From contig NW_021824367.1 in assembly GCF_006345805.1 (NCBI RefSeq), forward strand, positions 1 to 18,956: a DNA stretch of 18,956 bases. Direction: 5' to 3'. Below the pieces are notes generated by a model that saw nothing but the letters and a program-made list of their open reading frames with translations, made no database searches and was not told the origin of the DNA. The translations under genes were made by a program, and so were the position numbers. This stretch comes from Octopus sinensis. Taxonomy: Eukaryota. Shown piece after piece: positions 18,275-18,956 of this stretch. Every line of letters begins with the position of its first letter. Position 1 is the stretch's first letter.

Positions 18275-18956
18275 GACGAACGGGCAGCGCTTCTCGGTAG
18301 CACTGCCAGGCCAGGGATCTCTGGAAGATGTCCATGGGCCCTGGCCCGAAAGTCGTCCTGAACAGGCGGATCAGGTATTCCTCGTCGACGTCCAAGTTCG
18401 CCCCGAGCTCGTCGTCGTACTATGGTTGTGTTGAAGTCACTCAAGGTCGACCCGGGACGGCATAGTTGCTTGAGAGCAACGCAACACTCGCGGTGCCATT
18501 CGCCCTTCCTCGACCTCTTTTTGATCCACGACTGCAGTTTGGTCATGGGGACGAGTTGCGGGAAAGCGTGCCTCACAAACGGCGACCACACCTGTTCACC
18601 GTCGTCTATGTAGAGCCGGAGATGTCGCAGTCTCAGTGCGTGTCTGCGCATCATCAACCACGGCATGCCCAGTCCTCCTTTTCACGGGCGTTGACAGCAA
18701 ATGGATTGCCTGACCATCGGGACGCATCCTTTCCACAAGAAGCGAAAGCGAATGCGTTCTAGTTTGGTGATGGTAGGGTCGGGACAAGGCACGACGGTCA
18801 GGCGGTAGTAGATGACGGCCGCGATATACGTGTTCGCCACCTCCGCCCGACCTTTTAGGGACAGTTTTCCCTCGGCCCATTGCCGGGCGAGAGTGACTAC
18901 CCTACTCGTTATCTCGTTCCAGTTCTTCTCCATTTGGAGGTCCCGACCAAACCAGA
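18275..18956 (-). pseudogene. Decayed Tx1/L1-clade non-LTR retrotransposon ORF2 fragment (post-RT region into zf-RVT start)
   Basis: WFGRDLQMEKNW...LSLKGRAEVANTYIA...FLWKG...CCQRP*KGGLGMP (in-frame TGA at 18682-84), a frameshift near 18421, then ...FQRSLAWQCYREALPVR. GC-rich relative to its surroundings; continues past the window end. Confidence 0.85.

Noticed and set aside
18235-18666. 143-aa ORF as an independent gene
   Set aside because: It is the in-frame continuation of the LINE ORF2 after a premature stop, and runs out of frame after ~18421.

Overview
AT-rich, repeat-saturated eukaryotic non-coding DNA. The SINE families match my recollection of octopod cephalopod (Octopus) repeats; this is inference, not a database result. 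No intact protein-coding gene is supportable, and almost all long ORFs in the track are microsatellite translations. The window holds about 25 copies or fragments of three tRNA-derived SINE families, a mariner-derived MITE, a non-autonomous Helitron and a decayed Tx1/L1-clade LINE ORF2 fragment at the right edge. It also holds a ~31-unit 33-37 bp minisatellite with an 11-unit higher-order period and promoter-like flanks, a near-perfect 140-bp palindrome, and many microsatellites. The most striking signal is four minimal type I hammerhead-ribozyme-like motifs (10872-10927 +, 11767-11814 -, 12133-12180 +, 17298-17383 -). They sit in short non-coding elements embedded in TA/TACA microsatellites, and two of them face each other in ~180-bp inverted arms, as expected for Penelope-like pseudo-LTR derivatives. 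A second theme is a SINE whose 3' end (AAAGAAATAGGT) repeatedly joins at GGT(A) microhomologies in or beside copies of its own family.
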